64,000 bases of DNA from Hyaloraphidium curvatum SAG 235-1. Taxonomy: Eukaryota; Fungi; Monoblepharomycota. The stretch lies in assembly GCA_025558095.1 (NCBI GenBank), contig JAIVFI010000007.1:372001-436000 (forward strand), written 5' to 3'. The notes below the pieces were generated by a model. The model saw nothing but the letters and a program-made list of their open reading frames with translations, did no database searches and was not told the DNA's origin. Within the stretch, counting starts at the first letter, position 1; each line of letters begins with the position of its first letter. Below are positions 52,055 to 64,000 of this stretch, piece after piece. The translations under genes and the position numbers were made by a program.

Positions 52055-54392
52055 TCACGGCGCCTGCGCTTTGGGCATGTTGGCGAGGAAGAACGTCAGC
52101 ATGGCCTCGAAGCCTATTTGGATCGCACATGAGCAACCGGGCAGGGCAACGGCCACCGGAAGACTTTACCTCGGATCTCGGCGTCCATGCCGTCGAGGGG
52201 ATGCCCGTTCTCGGGGAACCACAGGCAGTGGGCGTCGCGGCCGCGCGCCTTGAGCTGATGCAGGTAGTTCAGGCCGTCTTGCGGCGGCACGCGCTTGTCG
52301 ATATCTCCGAGCATGAGCAGGACGGGCGTCTCGACGGCGTCGATCCCGCTGATGGGGCTCATGGCAAAGAGCTTGGTGTACGTGTCGGGGTCGAGGATAG
52401 ACGGCTTGGCATAGTCGTAGGCCATCCCCGATTCTTCGTAGGACCAGCTCGGAATGTCCGAAGTCAGCACCATGTGGCCCATGTTGAGCACGGGATTTCG
52501 CATGACGGCTTCAACGGGGTGTCAGGATGGCCAATATCATCGGAGACGGCAAAACTCACCTGCTTTGAAGAGTTTCGGGTACTTCGCGATCAAGTGGCCC
52601 GTGATGTAGCCCCCGTGCGAGCCACCGGTGACAAAGACGGCTTCGGAGTCGACTCCTTCGCTTTTCAGCGCAGCCTGCGCGCAGGCGTGCGTGTCCTCGA
52701 TGTCGAGCGTGCCGACATTCCCGACGAGCGCGTCGACAGAGGCCTGTCCGTACCCAACTGAGCCCGTGAAGTTCACCATCACGACGACGAAGCCGAGGGC
52801 GGCGAGGCCGACGGGGTAGAGCATAAAGTCGGTCGCGAAGGCCGAGTTTGGGCCGCCATGGGGGTTGACGACCAACGGCGGCTTCGCACCCAGTCCCGAC
52901 AGCCCTCCCGATACCCCATCGGCAGGTCGCAGGACGATGAAATCAACAAATTCGCTCACGCTGACCACCTTCGACGTGATGCCCGAGAGAATGGTCCGAG
53001 CCGGGCTGGGAAGGGGCGAGGAAGCCAGGGGCGTCCACTTGGCTGCGGGCCGCCCGCCCTCATCCGCCAGCGTGCCCAAAACAAGCTTGCTGGGAAACGT
53101 GAGGGTCTGCCTAGACGCCAGGATGTAGCCACCCGTGACGTCGAGCACGGAAAAGGAGGCGTCCAGATCTCCGGTCAGCTTCGTAACGGCACCAGTGGCG
53201 ACGTCGACGGCGAGAATATCGCGGTGCGAACGCCACATGGAGTTGCACACGACGTGGATGCCCGAAGATCCCTTGGCGAAGCATGAGACCGGCAGGTTGT
53301 CGACATAGAGGCCGGGGAAAGCGGTCGAGTCTGCGGCCTTGGCAACCACGTCGACCAGGATAGCGGGAGCGGATCCGTCGATCTTCATCTGCGAGCGACT
53401 GTCAGTGACAGTCTTCGTGCAGATATCGTTCAGGTCACCTTTATGAGCCGCGCGCACGAGTTGTGAGTTGCGTTCGTTACCGGGTTCGAGAGGTACACGA
53501 TCTCGCTCCCGTCCGGGGTGACGCGCGGGCACCTGGCACCCTCGTCCGGGCTGATCTTGGCCAGGCCATCGCCGTTCAGGCCGCAAGTGTAGAGGCCCCC
53601 GGGCCTGTTAAAGCAGTACACCGAACCGTGCTTGGGCGAAGACTCCTCCAGCGCGTGGAACAGCAGGGCCGAATCGCCCCGGATGAACACGGGCTGCCCG
53701 GGCGACAGCGACAGCGTGCTCAGCGCGGTCGCTTTCTTCGCGTCCAGATCGACCACGACGAGCGTCGGCTTGCCCTTCTTGTCCGAGTATCGCTCCCCCC
53801 ACGTCTGCCGGTACAGGAACGCGTGTAGGCCCTCGGCGGGAATCTTCTCCTCGGCAATGTACGCCAGCAGCCGTCCGCTGGCGGAGCAGGCAATCCCGCC
53901 AAAGAACTCGTCGGTGTAGAAATCTCCGTGCACGTCCGTCACCTCAACGCGCTCAAGACAGCCCGAATCGTTGCCGATCTCGACGAACCGCCGCTTCTTC
54001 TCTTTCTCGGTGACGATGCGAGTGGCCAGCTGGGTTCCGCCGGGTCCGAACGCAGTGGCGGCGACCTGCGGCGAGACTTCCACGGGGAATCCGACCCGGC
54101 GGGACGAAACTCCCCCATCGGCGCCAATGTCCACCGCAAACGCGACCGATGTCTTGCGCTTCGCTTTGGCAAGCAGATCCCTCTGCGTGAAGACGGCCTG
54201 CACGTCCGCGCTCGTGGGGGACACGGAGACGATGCTGCCCGACGCAACCGAAGGCAGCGTGCTCAACGTCTCGTACACTGTCTGAATGCGTTTGTCGGCT
54301 TCGGCCTGGAGTCCTTCGGGAAGCCACGGCGCGGATATGGTGTTTCCAGGACCAGCCACAGGCAGCTGCGACGCGTCGGCGTTGGGAGCCAT
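52055..54392 (-). CDS. Acylaminoacyl peptidase (S9C, APEH-like)
   Basis: Beta-propeller N-terminus; PHGGP, GGSHGG nucleophile, DKRVP, NGH; three introns. Confidence 0.9.
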
Positions 54393-54503
54393 GTTGACGC
54401 GTCGCTGCCGTCATCAGATCACTGGTGCAGGCATCGGAGCACGCCAGGTGTAGAGAAACGATGTTCATTCAATCATCACATTGCAAAGAAAGAAAAGATA
54501 CGC

Positions 54504-55406
54504 TCAACTCCAGTCTTTCTTGATCTCCATTTTCTGCCGCGAAGGTGAGCATCTGGCTCCGGTCGAGCGCTGTCACGCGCACTCACCCATGCCCACTCCA
54601 GATGCCGCACTTTGTCGTCGTCGATAAAGGCAGACCGTACGTCGTACGTCCCCCGCGCCATCATCCCGCTGGGCGCCTCCTCTGCCGGGAACTTCTTCTC
54701 GTACGCCGCCTCCTGCGGCCCGTACGATCCGACCATCTCCTCCGCCTTGTCGACGGCAACGCCCAGTCGCTTGACAACGTGGAGATACTTGAGCCCCGTC
54801 ACGATCTCGTGCTGGATCTTGAAGCGAAGCTTCAGCTGGTACGTCGCGCCCTCCTTGATCACGATCGGCTTGGAGGCCTGGAGCTTGGCAATCGCCGCTG
54901 CGTTGCGATGCGCTCGTCAGCAATCGCGACACCGAATTGCATTCGCGCTCGCGCGTTCCCACCGGGGCTGGAAACATCCATGACAACGTCCTGCCGTCCC
55001 GGCACCTCCAGCGCGAGCGACAGCACCACGACCTTGCGCGGATCGTCTTTCGGGCCCGCCGGAGCGGCGTCTCCCTTGATCCCCAGGGACTAGCGGCCTA
55101 GAGGCGTCAGACTCGGGTGTGGAGTCGACCGACGCGTCGAGCCGCACCTCCTTCCACTTCCTCAGGCTCTCATCCTCGGCATCGAGATCTACGCGTCAAA
55201 GAATTCCGAAAAAACACGTCAGACATCGCCCAGAAGGAGCTGTCCGGGCAACCGAGCGCACTTGCGTACTCCTGGACGGACTTCTTTGCCGTGATTTGGT
55301 ACCCCCTGCGGCTCCGTCAGCGCGACGCGACGCGTTCGGGCCGCCCCGGGGACACATACGCATCCGAGGGTTTGAGTTCGTCCTCTTCCGGACCAGGTTT
55401 GGACAT
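54504..55406 (-). CDS. RDI1: Rho GDP-dissociation inhibitor
   Basis: DAEDESLRKWK, IKEGATY, GSYGP, EEAPSGMMARG, FIDDD, IKKDW; many small exons. Confidence 0.94.
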
Positions 55407-55597
55407 CTTTTCGGTGGCAGAGGCAGCCGAAGTTGGCCGAAAGACGTGTCGATCGCTGATCACCGCCCTTGCCGCAAAGGCTCAGACAAAGAGCAATCGA
55501 TTCGCAATCGAGGCAATACATAGGCATCTAATCTAAGCAGGTGCAAGAAGAAGGATTTCCGGAAGTGTGTCTGGTGTACGTGGGCATGGAGTCCAGC

Positions 55598-56755
55598 TCA
55601 GATCGCCCGCCTCTTCCCGTTGGCGTTGCAAATCGACGACATCTCCCTTTCGCGGATGCGCTCAAGGATCTGCTGAGTCTTTCCCATGATCCTCGGCTTC
55701 TTGAGCCGCTCCACCACCCCGTTGAGGTCGCCGTTTTGGTAAGCCTTTTTGAAAAGCCTCGCATAGACGTCGATAGAATCCTGCGAGAGCTTGAAGAGGG
55801 AAGCGATCGCTTCCTTGGCCGGCCACTGCGAAGTATCGAGCTCGTTTGACTGGCCGATCGCCAACGCTGCCCTGCAGGCTGCGGCGTACAGCGACCTGGG
55901 TTCCGGCGATCTGTTGAGCTGGAGCATCACGCCAGCCCGACCGGCGGTGAAAACAGACACGGAGAACTGGATAAAAGTCTCGCTGAAGCTCTCGGCGGCT
56001 GTAGTGAGGTCGGCCTCCATGATCCTTCCGTAACGAGTGGTGCGTTCGCGCTCGGCGACTTCGACGGACAGGGAAGGGTCGTTGGGGACCTCCTTCCAAG
56101 GCACTTGCTTCTTCAGTTCGTCGAAAGCCCCGCGAATCTGCTGGGCATCGACCCCGAAGAAGAGATTGGCCAGGTCCTTCCAGGCAAAGTGCTCGGCGTT
56201 TGCCACTTCGATCGAGCCGCGCATCAGGCAAGCCCCGAGGAGAGCGTCCCTCTGCGTCGAATGGTGGGGAAAGTCTTCCGCCTTGACCGCCGTGGCGTAA
56301 AAGTCCTTGGCGGCCCTTATGGTGTTGGCCCTGATCTCGTGCTCAACCGTCAAGCAGTCCAAAAGGGCCCAACCGTCCTTGATCTTCTCTTCGACATCAC
56401 TGCCGAGCTTCTTGTTTGCGGCTTGCAGCGCCTTGGTGTGGATGCTGGAAGAAGGGCCGATGGTTGTACCCGAAGCCGTGATGAGGTGCTTCTGGAGAAG
56501 CGCATCCAGATGCGTAACCCTCGAGGGATCACCGCGCCCGGTTTGCGCATCATCCGCAAAGACGCGGTGCTCTGCGGTCTCATCAATGATTTGCGAGCCG
56601 CACACGACGCCGCATTTGAGGCAGACGTTGAAGCCTTCGCCACGGTCCTCGATGATCGTTGTGCCGGGACCGCAATCACGGCACTCGAGTCGGATCGTGA
56701 GGTCGGGAGCCTGCTTCTGCTCTTTGCCGACGGCGTCGGTCGGAAAAATTGGCAT
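55598..56755 (-). CDS. Divergent TFIIB-family protein
   Basis: Zn ribbon CRDC..CLKCG, B-reader-like IIDETAEHRVFADD..DPSRV, degenerate cyclin folds. Confidence 0.75.
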   Translation of the reverse strand: MPIFPTDAVGKEQKQAPDLTIRLECRDCGPGTTIIEDRGEGFNVCLKCGVVCGSQIIDETAEHRVFADDAQTGRGDPSRVTHLDALLQKHLITASGTTIGPSSSIHTKALQAANKKLGSDVEEKIKDGWALLDCLTVEHEIRANTIRAAKDFYATAVKAEDFPHHSTQRDALLGACLMRGSIEVANAEHFAWKDLANLFFGVDAQQIRGAFDELKKQVPWKEVPNDPSLSVEVAERERTTRYGRIMEADLTTAAESFSETFIQFSVSVFTAGRAGVMLQLNRSPEPRSLYAAACRAALAIGQSNELDTSQWPAKEAIASLFKLSQDSIDVYARLFKKAYQNGDLNGVVERLKKPRIMGKTQQILERIREREMSSICNANGKRRAI

Positions 56756-57442
56756 CGCCGGGACGGGGGGCAGGCAGGCAGGTGGACTTTGCTGCCGGGC
56801 GGACACAACGAACTACACGGAGTCTCTCCTTCACGAGGCTCTTTCTGGGTAGCAGCGACTAAGGACGTGAGGAGCATGATGGTAAGAATTCACCCGAGGC
56901 ACAACTTGACGACCCCAAAGTCTCTGGAGGAGAGGCCCCGGGGGTCGCCTGCGAGTTGAGAGACGCACCTTGCGAGCAATGTGCCCAACAGTTTCAAGGG
57001 AAATCAAGCGAGCAACGGCTGGAGTGCTTCGGTATACAGTGAGAGAGTACGCTGCGGGCCCCGCAGGGTTGTCACGGCGCTGGGAGGGGTGGGAGCGGGC
57101 CGAGTGATTGAGGTGAAGTTCGCTCCCTTCGTGCCCCGGCGCCCTCGCGAATTCCCTAGGTTTCTTTGAGAGGTGGTTAGCGAGCATCGGCGCCTTAGCG
57201 ATCGAATACGAAAAATTCCTGCCAGCGCACTTTGTCGAGTTCAACGGCGAGCCTTCCCCCGGGCCTCTCGCGGCGCCCGACCGCGTTTCGCGCGTGCGGC
57301 AGAGACCCAACCCCTTCGCCGCGCCCGCCGGCTGGGCGTCTGCCGCCGCGGGCCGCCCCGGAACGCCCGACGCGCGTCAGCCGTCGCATACTCCGGTGCC
57401 CGCTTCCGGTCCCGGCCGCCTGCAGGCCACAATCTCGCCAGG

Positions 57443-60351
57443 ATGGCGGCGCCACCGCGGCCGCCGCCGATTCACAGGTGCGCCGCCCGCTGGCGCCTCC
57501 CCCGCCGCCGCTGAGACCGCCGATCCGCAGTGCCGTCTATTCTGGCATTCCGGTCTTCGAGATGGTGGGCGAGCCCGGGCTGCGGTGCGGGCGCATCTGA
57601 CACGGCCGACAGAACGTCAACGGCGTGTCGGTCATGAAGCGGAAGTCGGACCACTACATGAATGCCACGCAGCTGCTCAAGGTTGCGGGCTTCAGCAAAC
57701 CCCGCAGGACAAAGATCCTGGAGCGGGAGATCATCCAAGGTCGGGCAATCGTTGTTCAGGATTGGGGCCGTTCTGGAGTCGAATGGGGATGCTGATTCGA
57801 CGGGCCCGGTCTCCCAGATCCGGACCACGAGAAGATTCAAGGCGGGTACGGCAAGTACCAGGGCACTTGGTGGGAGGACTTGCTTTCGCCTCCCGTTCTT
57901 CTTTCTCATGCATGGTACCGCGCCGGCCAGGATTCCCCTCGAATCCACCCGCGTGCTCGCGCGGCGCTACAAGATTGAGCACCATCTCAACCCCCTGATC
58001 GAATTCGGCCTTTCCGGAACCGCCGTCGCCCCCCGCAAACCCTCGCAAGCGGGACGTGGGGGAGCGCTGTCAGCCTCGCCCGGGGCTGCTCGCGGCGGCC
58101 GGGGCAGGGGGCGCGGTAGGGGCCGTGGGCGGGGCCGCGGCCGAGGACGCGGCGGCTACCGGCCTGGCGCCCGTACCGGCGAAACGGACGACGACGAGGA
58201 GGAAGACGAGGAGTCCGCGGACGAGGAGGAGTTTCCCGATTCGCTGGAGGAGGACATTGAGCCCGAAGGGGACGGCGTCGCCAGCGCAGCGGGTTATACT
58301 CGGGGCAACGAGGACTCGGACGATGACGACGAGTCTGGAGACGAACCGACCTACATGGCACAGGACCATTACCCTGCCGAGGGCGCAGAGAGCGTCGAGG
58401 AGCAGACCAACAACGGCGAGGCGGCCGCTGTCGCCTCCCCTGCGCCGGACGGCAGCGCCCAGAGCGACTACGGGGGCTACACCGCAGAACAGGGTGCGGA
58501 GTACCTAAGCAACGCGGCTGGCCCTTCCCACCCCGCAGCGGGACAGTCGGGATCCAACGCCGTCGTCCCGTACGACAACCAGGACGGACCCAACGGACAG
58601 TACCTGAGCCCCGGCAAGCGCCCACGGGCCAGTCGCTACGATGCTTCTCCCGAACGCGGCCGGGCGCCGAGCCCGCGGTCCGATAAGCCGCGGAACCGGG
58701 TGCACGACTGGCAAAAGGAGGTTCTCATGGCCATCTTTGAGGACGAAAACAGCTCCAACACCTCCCACATCCTCCACCTCCTCACCAGCAATGGCATGAC
58801 GATCGACTACCTGCTGGATCAGGAAGGTTGGTTTGCTGGAGGCGGCCGCAGCACCGGACCGCTGATCGTGTTTGGCAGCCCACTCGGCGATCCACTGGGC
58901 GGCCGCACTAGGCCGGATAAAGATCGTCAAGATGCTCCTTAAGCACGGCGCCGACGTCAAGCTGCTCAACTTGAACGGAGAGACGGCGCTGATGAGGGCC
59001 GTGCTCGTCGTCAACAACTACGAGTCGCAGACCTACCCCAAGCTCATCGAGCTTCTCCGGGACATCGTCTTTTACGCCGACAACGACGGGCGCACGGTGC
59101 TGCACCACATTGCGCGGACGTCGGGCAACAACGAGAGCAAGCGGCTCATCACGGCGTCCAAGTACTACATGAAGCACACGGCCCAGTGGCTCCAGTCCAA
59201 CAGCGGCATCATCCCCACTTTCATCGACTTTGAGGACAAGAACGGGGACACGGCGCTCAACATTGCCTGCCGGAACCGCAACGCGAGCGTCGCCGAGTCG
59301 CTGCTGGGGCTGGGCGCCAAGACCGACACCCCCAACCACGCGGGCAAGCGCCCGACGGACTATGCGCAGCTCGACGCGAAGCTTGCGGCGCTGTTTGGGC
59401 TGCCGGCCGCGGTCGGCGCCTTTGTCGTGGATGAGGACGACGAGGACGAGAAGGAGCCGCTCTCGTTGCTCAACGGTGCGCTGGCACAAGGTGGCGAGCG
59501 AGGGGTCCTCGCGCTCGGCGGCGCGGGAGCTGGGTCGGGGGCACCAGGGGACGATGCAAGGGTCGGCAAGGTCATTGGCAGTGAGTGCGGTCGTCGCTTG
59601 CGGTCTTCCGCGACGATTCACGAGGTGTGCCGCGCAGCCGTCCACGATCTCGTCAAGTCTCTGTCGACCTCGTTCCAGAACGAGCTTAACCACCGGGATC
59701 GGAAATTTCAGCTGATCCAGGAGAACATTCAGGCCGCGGCGCAGCACCTGGAAGACGCTCGGCGGACATTCACGGAGCTTACGGAAAAGGAGGCAAAGAT
59801 GCGGGAAGACAAGGCCACGGCGGAGCGCCTTGAGGCAGAGCTGATGCGAGTGCTCACCACCGTCGGGCAGCCGCTGAAAACGGGAGCTCCTGCGCCGTCA
59901 TCGACCGAGGCACCAGCGTCTGCGGATGCCGTGCGCGAGGATGGGATGGCCATCGACGGGGAGGCACCAGCAGGTGGGCAGGTCGAGGCACGGTTGCTTG
60001 TTGCAACTTAACCGTTGGACGCCTTCAGGACCGATGGCCGACGCGCCCTCTGGCAAGAAGGTCGACTTGGCACCGGAGTCAATGCCTGTCGACCATCCCC
60101 CGCCATACGCCGAGGCCGCAGGCGCCCACCCAGAAGGCGAACTGTCGGATCTCGGCAAGCTCAAAGCACAGCTGCTGCTCGTCAACGAGCGCAAGGCGTA
60201 CCTCGTCTCGCGGATAGCCGCGTACGAGCAGCAGCAGGCCTCGCGGGAGGCCAAGCTGAAGGAGATCATTGCCAAGGCAACGGGGTTCCCGCCGGAGAAC
60301 ATGGACGACGCCATGCTGAAGGCGCTTTTGGACGAGCTGCAGGCGGACTAG
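57443..60351 (+). CDS. MBP1: MBF/SBF transcription factor (KilA-N/APSES + ankyrin; Mbp1/Res-like)
   Basis: AVYSGIPVFEM, NATQLLKVAG, HEKIQGGYGKYQGTW, ankyrins (HSAIHWAA, GETALMRAV, GDTALNIA), coiled coil; multi-exon. Confidence 0.9.
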
Positions 60352-60514
60352 TGTGGACAGAGGGTGCCGTCTGGGGACGAGGCAATAACTTAGCTGCATG
60401 GACGGATGGTTCGGGGGTGCGTCGATGATGTACGGGCTCCGCTCTGCGTTGGAAGACAGTGATCATGGAAGAACGATTTACATCAACAGTCCTCAGTCCC
60501 AACTCCAGGTGCGA

Positions 60515-62566
60515 TCAAGCCAGCTTCACCACGAGATGCGTGAAAGCCACAGTCTCCTCGCTTGGGTTCGGTACGGTGACGCACCAGCCGTGGTCCTTCA
60601 TGGCGCTCGTGCTGACGCGGCAGACGGCAACGATGCTCTCGATGCAAGCGGCAGCTCTGCGCTCCTCGGAAGTCACGGCCGGTGCGTCCGCGAGGTCATC
60701 CACATCGACGTGCAGGATCGGAGGCTTGATCACAGCAGTGCCAAAGCTGTTTGAGTAGCCATTCGCCGTTGTGAAGTCCTTGCCGAAGTACACCCCCGCC
60801 CCGTGCGCCGCTCCGTTAAGCTGGTGCCTCGTTCCGCTGGCCGACTGCGGACCGAGGGCCAGCAGGCTCAACCAGTTTCGCAGAGAGGAGCCGTGGAAGA
60901 GGAGAACGGCCTCAGACGTCTGACCGTTCGTCTGAGTCTGACTGGCTCCGTAAGCCACCTTCGCCATGAACGGATCGTCGGGCTCGAGGCTCCCGTCCTC
61001 CCTGTCGGGGTTCCACACTCGCAATACCATCGCTCCGGCCGGTTTGAAGACGATCGGCTCCGGCTCCGGGATTGGCGGCGCCGTGACCTCCTTTTGCTTC
61101 TGTCCCTTTGCCGGTGCCGGGGTCTTGGCCGCCGGGGCAGCTTCCGTGGCGGGTACTTTGGGAGGCGGCTTGAGATCCGCGACGTTGCACTGCCCGACCA
61201 GCCTCTGCCTTGCGAAACTCCCTTCGTCGTACTCTTCCTCGCGGAAGTGCAGGGCCGTGAGCCTGCAAAGCCACGTCGCGAGGACGAAAAGTCTGTCGGG
61301 CGACCTTCCTTGCGCATCTGGGGGGGCGGCGATTGCTGCCCAAGATCCCATGTCGGCCGCGAGGATCCGCTGCGTCGCGCGATCGGCCTGGTCCGCGGGC
61401 AACCCGGCGTGAAGGAGTGCGTACTTGCCGAGGAAGGCCCTGAGGTGCCTGTTGCTTGCTCCAGACGCCACAAGCTCCGACAGCTGCCTTCCCAAGTGCG
61501 GATCGGTCACGAGCGCGTAAAGCTCGCCGAGATCGCGCGCGAGATCCTCGTAATCGATCGCCAGCCCCCTCCTTGCGAGATCGTCGTCGAGAGGTCCACG
61601 GCCATCGACGCGGGGCTTCTTGTACGCGGGCGCCGAGTAGACATCGAGCTCTCTGACTTGAGCAGCATCGGCGGAAGTCAGCGGAACGATGTACGCAGGA
61701 GGAACAGGATATACGAGATCAGCGCGCCTCTGACGGTCCTCCAGAGCGGCGAGCGCAGAAGCGAGCAGCACGCGCAATCCTGGGTACTTGTTCCTCAGCT
61801 CCGTCTGGAGATCGGCATGGAGGAGACCTTCAACTGCTTGGAACTTGCAGAGATCGTTGCCGCAAAGGCCCGGTTCCTCGTACGCAGCCTGCCGCACGCG
61901 TCCGCAGACGGAACAATGCAAGGACAGGTCCTCGGCGGCGTAGACGAGCAACCTGGCCGTCTTGGCGGCGAGCGATTCGTCGGAATCGAGCACGGGTTGC
62001 ACGAGCGACAGCAGCTTGCGCGCCTCAGCAGCCGCCGACTCGGCCGTGCGCGTCTTCTTGTCGACGATCCGGTTCTCGCTCGTCGAGACGTAGAGGAAAA
62101 TGGCTTCAAGCCTGCGCTCGCGTTCGGCAGCTGGCGAGAAGAGCAGGTCGAAAAGGAGTGCGACGAGGTGCCGGTAAGCGACCGAATGCGGCGACCGGTC
62201 TTCGTGGTCGAGGCAAGGCCAAGCTTTCGTCACATGCACGCCGCGCGCGGCAGAGCTTTCCAATTGGAGACGTATCGAGTGACCGAGTACACTTGCATCG
62301 ACGCGTCGCCCGGTGCCGATTGAGCACACGTCTACGCCAAAGCCGTGCTGGTGGGCGAGAACTTCGGGGAAGAGCCGTTCGAACGCGTCGTAGAGAGTCG
62401 CAGTGTCGATGCCGCGGAGGGGGGAGGGCCCCGAGGACTTTTGCGCCTCCAAGGCTCCGAGCCCGAAGGACGAGTCGTCGTCCTCTTCAGCATCCGAGCT
62501 CCAGGCCGAGGGCGGTCCATCGGAGCCCAAATCGCTCCCTGCGTCGTCGGCCGCGTCGCCGGTCAT
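60515..62566 (-). CDS. PARP-family ADP-ribosyltransferase (PARP6/8/16-like)
   Basis: LLFHGSSLRNWLSLL..G, GAAHGAGVYF, NGYS; upstream CSVC..LCGNDLC cluster. Confidence 0.8.
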   Translation of the reverse strand: MTGDAADDAGSDLGSDGPPSAWSSDAEEDDDSSFGLGALEAQKSSGPSPLRGIDTATLYDAFERLFPEVLAHQHGFGVDVCSIGTGRRVDASVLGHSIRLQLESSAARGVHVTKAWPCLDHEDRSPHSVAYRHLVALLFDLLFSPAAERERRLEAIFLYVSTSENRIVDKKTRTAESAAAEARKLLSLVQPVLDSDESLAAKTARLLVYAAEDLSLHCSVCGRVRQAAYEEPGLCGNDLCKFQAVEGLLHADLQTELRNKYPGLRVLLASALAALEDRQRRADLVYPVPPAYIVPLTSADAAQVRELDVYSAPAYKKPRVDGRGPLDDDLARRGLAIDYEDLARDLGELYALVTDPHLGRQLSELVASGASNRHLRAFLGKYALLHAGLPADQADRATQRILAADMGSWAAIAAPPDAQGRSPDRLFVLATWLCRLTALHFREEEYDEGSFARQRLVGQCNVADLKPPPKVPATEAAPAAKTPAPAKGQKQKEVTAPPIPEPEPIVFKPAGAMVLRVWNPDREDGSLEPDDPFMAKVAYGASQTQTNGQTSEAVLLFHGSSLRNWLSLLALGPQSASGTRHQLNGAAHGAGVYFGKDFTTANGYSNSFGTAVIKPPILHVDVDDLADAPAVTSEERRAAACIESIVAVCRVSTSAMKDHGWCVTVPNPSEETVAFTHLVVKLA

Positions 62567-62732
62567 TTTGGACGGGGAAAGCGCGTTGAGAGAATTCTCA
62601 ACTGGAAATTGAGAACTTGGAAACGATCCGCGATCCGACGTCAACAGGGAGACAGCACCAACCCTCGTTCCATTCTTCGCGGGCGAACGGTCGGCGACCA
62701 GCTCCAGGACTCACTCCGACCCGGGAATCCGA

Positions 62733-63467
62733 ATGAAAGTCGCAATCACGGGAGCGTCGCGTCCGCGGGGCATTGGTTTCGCCATCGCAACGGCCTTTAC
62801 GCATCAGGCCGCACCTTGCCACCTACTGCTCGCCGCTCGGACAAAGGACGCGCTCGAAGCACGAGCGGCGGAGCTCGGCGCTCTGGGATTGCGCTCCGGG
62901 ACTCACGCGGACGCGTTCGCGGCCGATTTGTCGACAAAGGAGGGCGCACAGGGGTTCGCCGAATTCGTGCTGACACGGGGCCGGCCTGGGCCCCCGGACG
63001 TACTCGTGAACAACTCCGGGAGCTACGTGCCGGGCACCACATCGGACGAGCCGGAGGGTGCCCTGCGGCGGATGCTGGAGGCCAACCTTTTGGGGGCGTA
63101 CGAGCTGACGCGGGCACTTCTGCCTTCGATGGTGGAGCGGGGATCGGGGCTGATCGTGAACGTGTGCTCGGTCGCCTCGCTGCGCGGCTTTTCCAATGGG
63201 GGCTCGTACTCGATAGCCAAGCACGCCCTCGCCGGGTTCTCGCGAAATCTGCGCGAGGAAACCAAGGGGACGGGCGTCAAGGTGACTGCGATCTACCCCG
63301 GCGCGACGCTGACAGAGTCCTGGGACCAGGAAGGTGTGGGGGCCTTTGACGGTCGGCCGATCATGGAGCCGCGGGATGTGGCAGCGATGATCGTGTGCCT
63401 GGCAAACCTTTCCCCGGGATCGGTGGTCGAGGAGATCGTAATGCGGCCGCAGGGAGGCGATCTGTAG
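62733..63467 (+). CDS. Short-chain dehydrogenase/reductase
   Basis: TGASRPRGIG, LVNNSG, VCSVAS, YSIAK; intronless. Confidence 0.92.
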   Translation: MKVAITGASRPRGIGFAIATAFTHQAAPCHLLLAARTKDALEARAAELGALGLRSGTHADAFAADLSTKEGAQGFAEFVLTRGRPGPPDVLVNNSGSYVPGTTSDEPEGALRRMLEANLLGAYELTRALLPSMVERGSGLIVNVCSVASLRGFSNGGSYSIAKHALAGFSRNLREETKGTGVKVTAIYPGATLTESWDQEGVGAFDGRPIMEPRDVAAMIVCLANLSPGSVVEEIVMRPQGGDL

Positions 63468-63836
63468 TTTCTTACAGTTACGCTACGTTACTTGCGCTTA
63501 CGGTCATTTCGGAAACGATCAGATGTGTGGTGCGCGATCGCGGCGAAGGCGTCCGAAGGAGGCGCAAGCGTCTGCGCCGGAGGTCACCCAACCGCGGTAA
63601 GTCCCCCGGGCGGATCCGGCGCCTTGAAGTTTGCTGTTTGGATGCATAGCACCGTCCACGTGGGTACTCGAGCTCCGAGGAGCTGCGTAGCGTGCGGAAA
63701 TGCGATTGGATTGCGAGGGAAGGCCCGAGAGTTTTCCAAGGGACCCGGGGCTCTCAAAAGCGGGCCGCCGCCGCCGCAAGCCGCACCCGCCCCTGTCGCC
63801 CGAAACTCCGAACTCGCCATCCCCGCTTCGCAAGCA

Positions 63837-64000
63837 ATGTCGTTCTTCGGATTCCCGCAGTACGGCTATCCCTCCGGCTTCGGCTACCCGGCCGGGGGAT
63901 ACTACGACGACGATGACGACTGGGGAGCTCCCCGGCGCCCTCCGCGTCGCCCGCAGTTTCCCCCTTCCCCGTTCGGCGCGTATCCGTCCTACGAGGACGC
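63837..64000 (+). CDS. 5' fragment of a G/P/Y-rich protein, truncated by the window edge
   Basis: ATG at 63837 opens MSFFGFPQYGYPSGFGYPAGGYYDDDDDW.. to the end of the window. Confidence 0.5.
   Translation, partial: MSFFGFPQYGYPSGFGYPAGGYYDDDDDWGAPRRPPRRPQFPPSPFGAYPSYED

Noticed and set aside
58092-58156. GGCCGNGGC-type tandem repeat
   Set aside because: It simply encodes the (GR)n tract within the Mbp1-like protein.
1-64000. rRNA, tRNA or CRISPR arrays; prokaryotic origin
   Set aside because: None recognised. Spliceosomal introns and eukaryote-specific genes occur throughout.

Overview
GC-rich, gene-dense eukaryotic DNA with many short (~45-70 nt) GT-AG introns and CTGAC/CTCAC-type branch sites. 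The gene set (CYP51, HMG-CoA synthase, Mbp1/Swi4-type APSES factor, Vid27, Scj1, PrimPol) points to an early-diverging fungus; a chytrid or monoblepharid is an inference. About 30 housekeeping genes are interrupted by two mobile-element-derived loci. (1) At 4071-12376, six ORF-track fragments join through six canonical introns into one ~2,650-aa reading frame. It has an N-terminal IS630/Tc1/mariner DDE transposase with an intact triad and a C-terminal Fanzor1 (eukaryotic TnpB) RuvC/Zn-finger module whose RuvC-I Asp appears replaced by Thr. A hairpin-rich, omega-RNA-like 3' segment follows. This is a candidate eukaryotic transposase fused to a nuclease-dead RNA-guided module, conceptually like a CAST. 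(2) At 46804-51692 there is an apparently intact CRE-type non-LTR retrotransposon (RT plus restriction-like endonuclease) with an 11-bp target-site duplication. All family calls come from motif recognition by eye; no database searches were run. Multi-exon gene coordinates are hand-derived spans.
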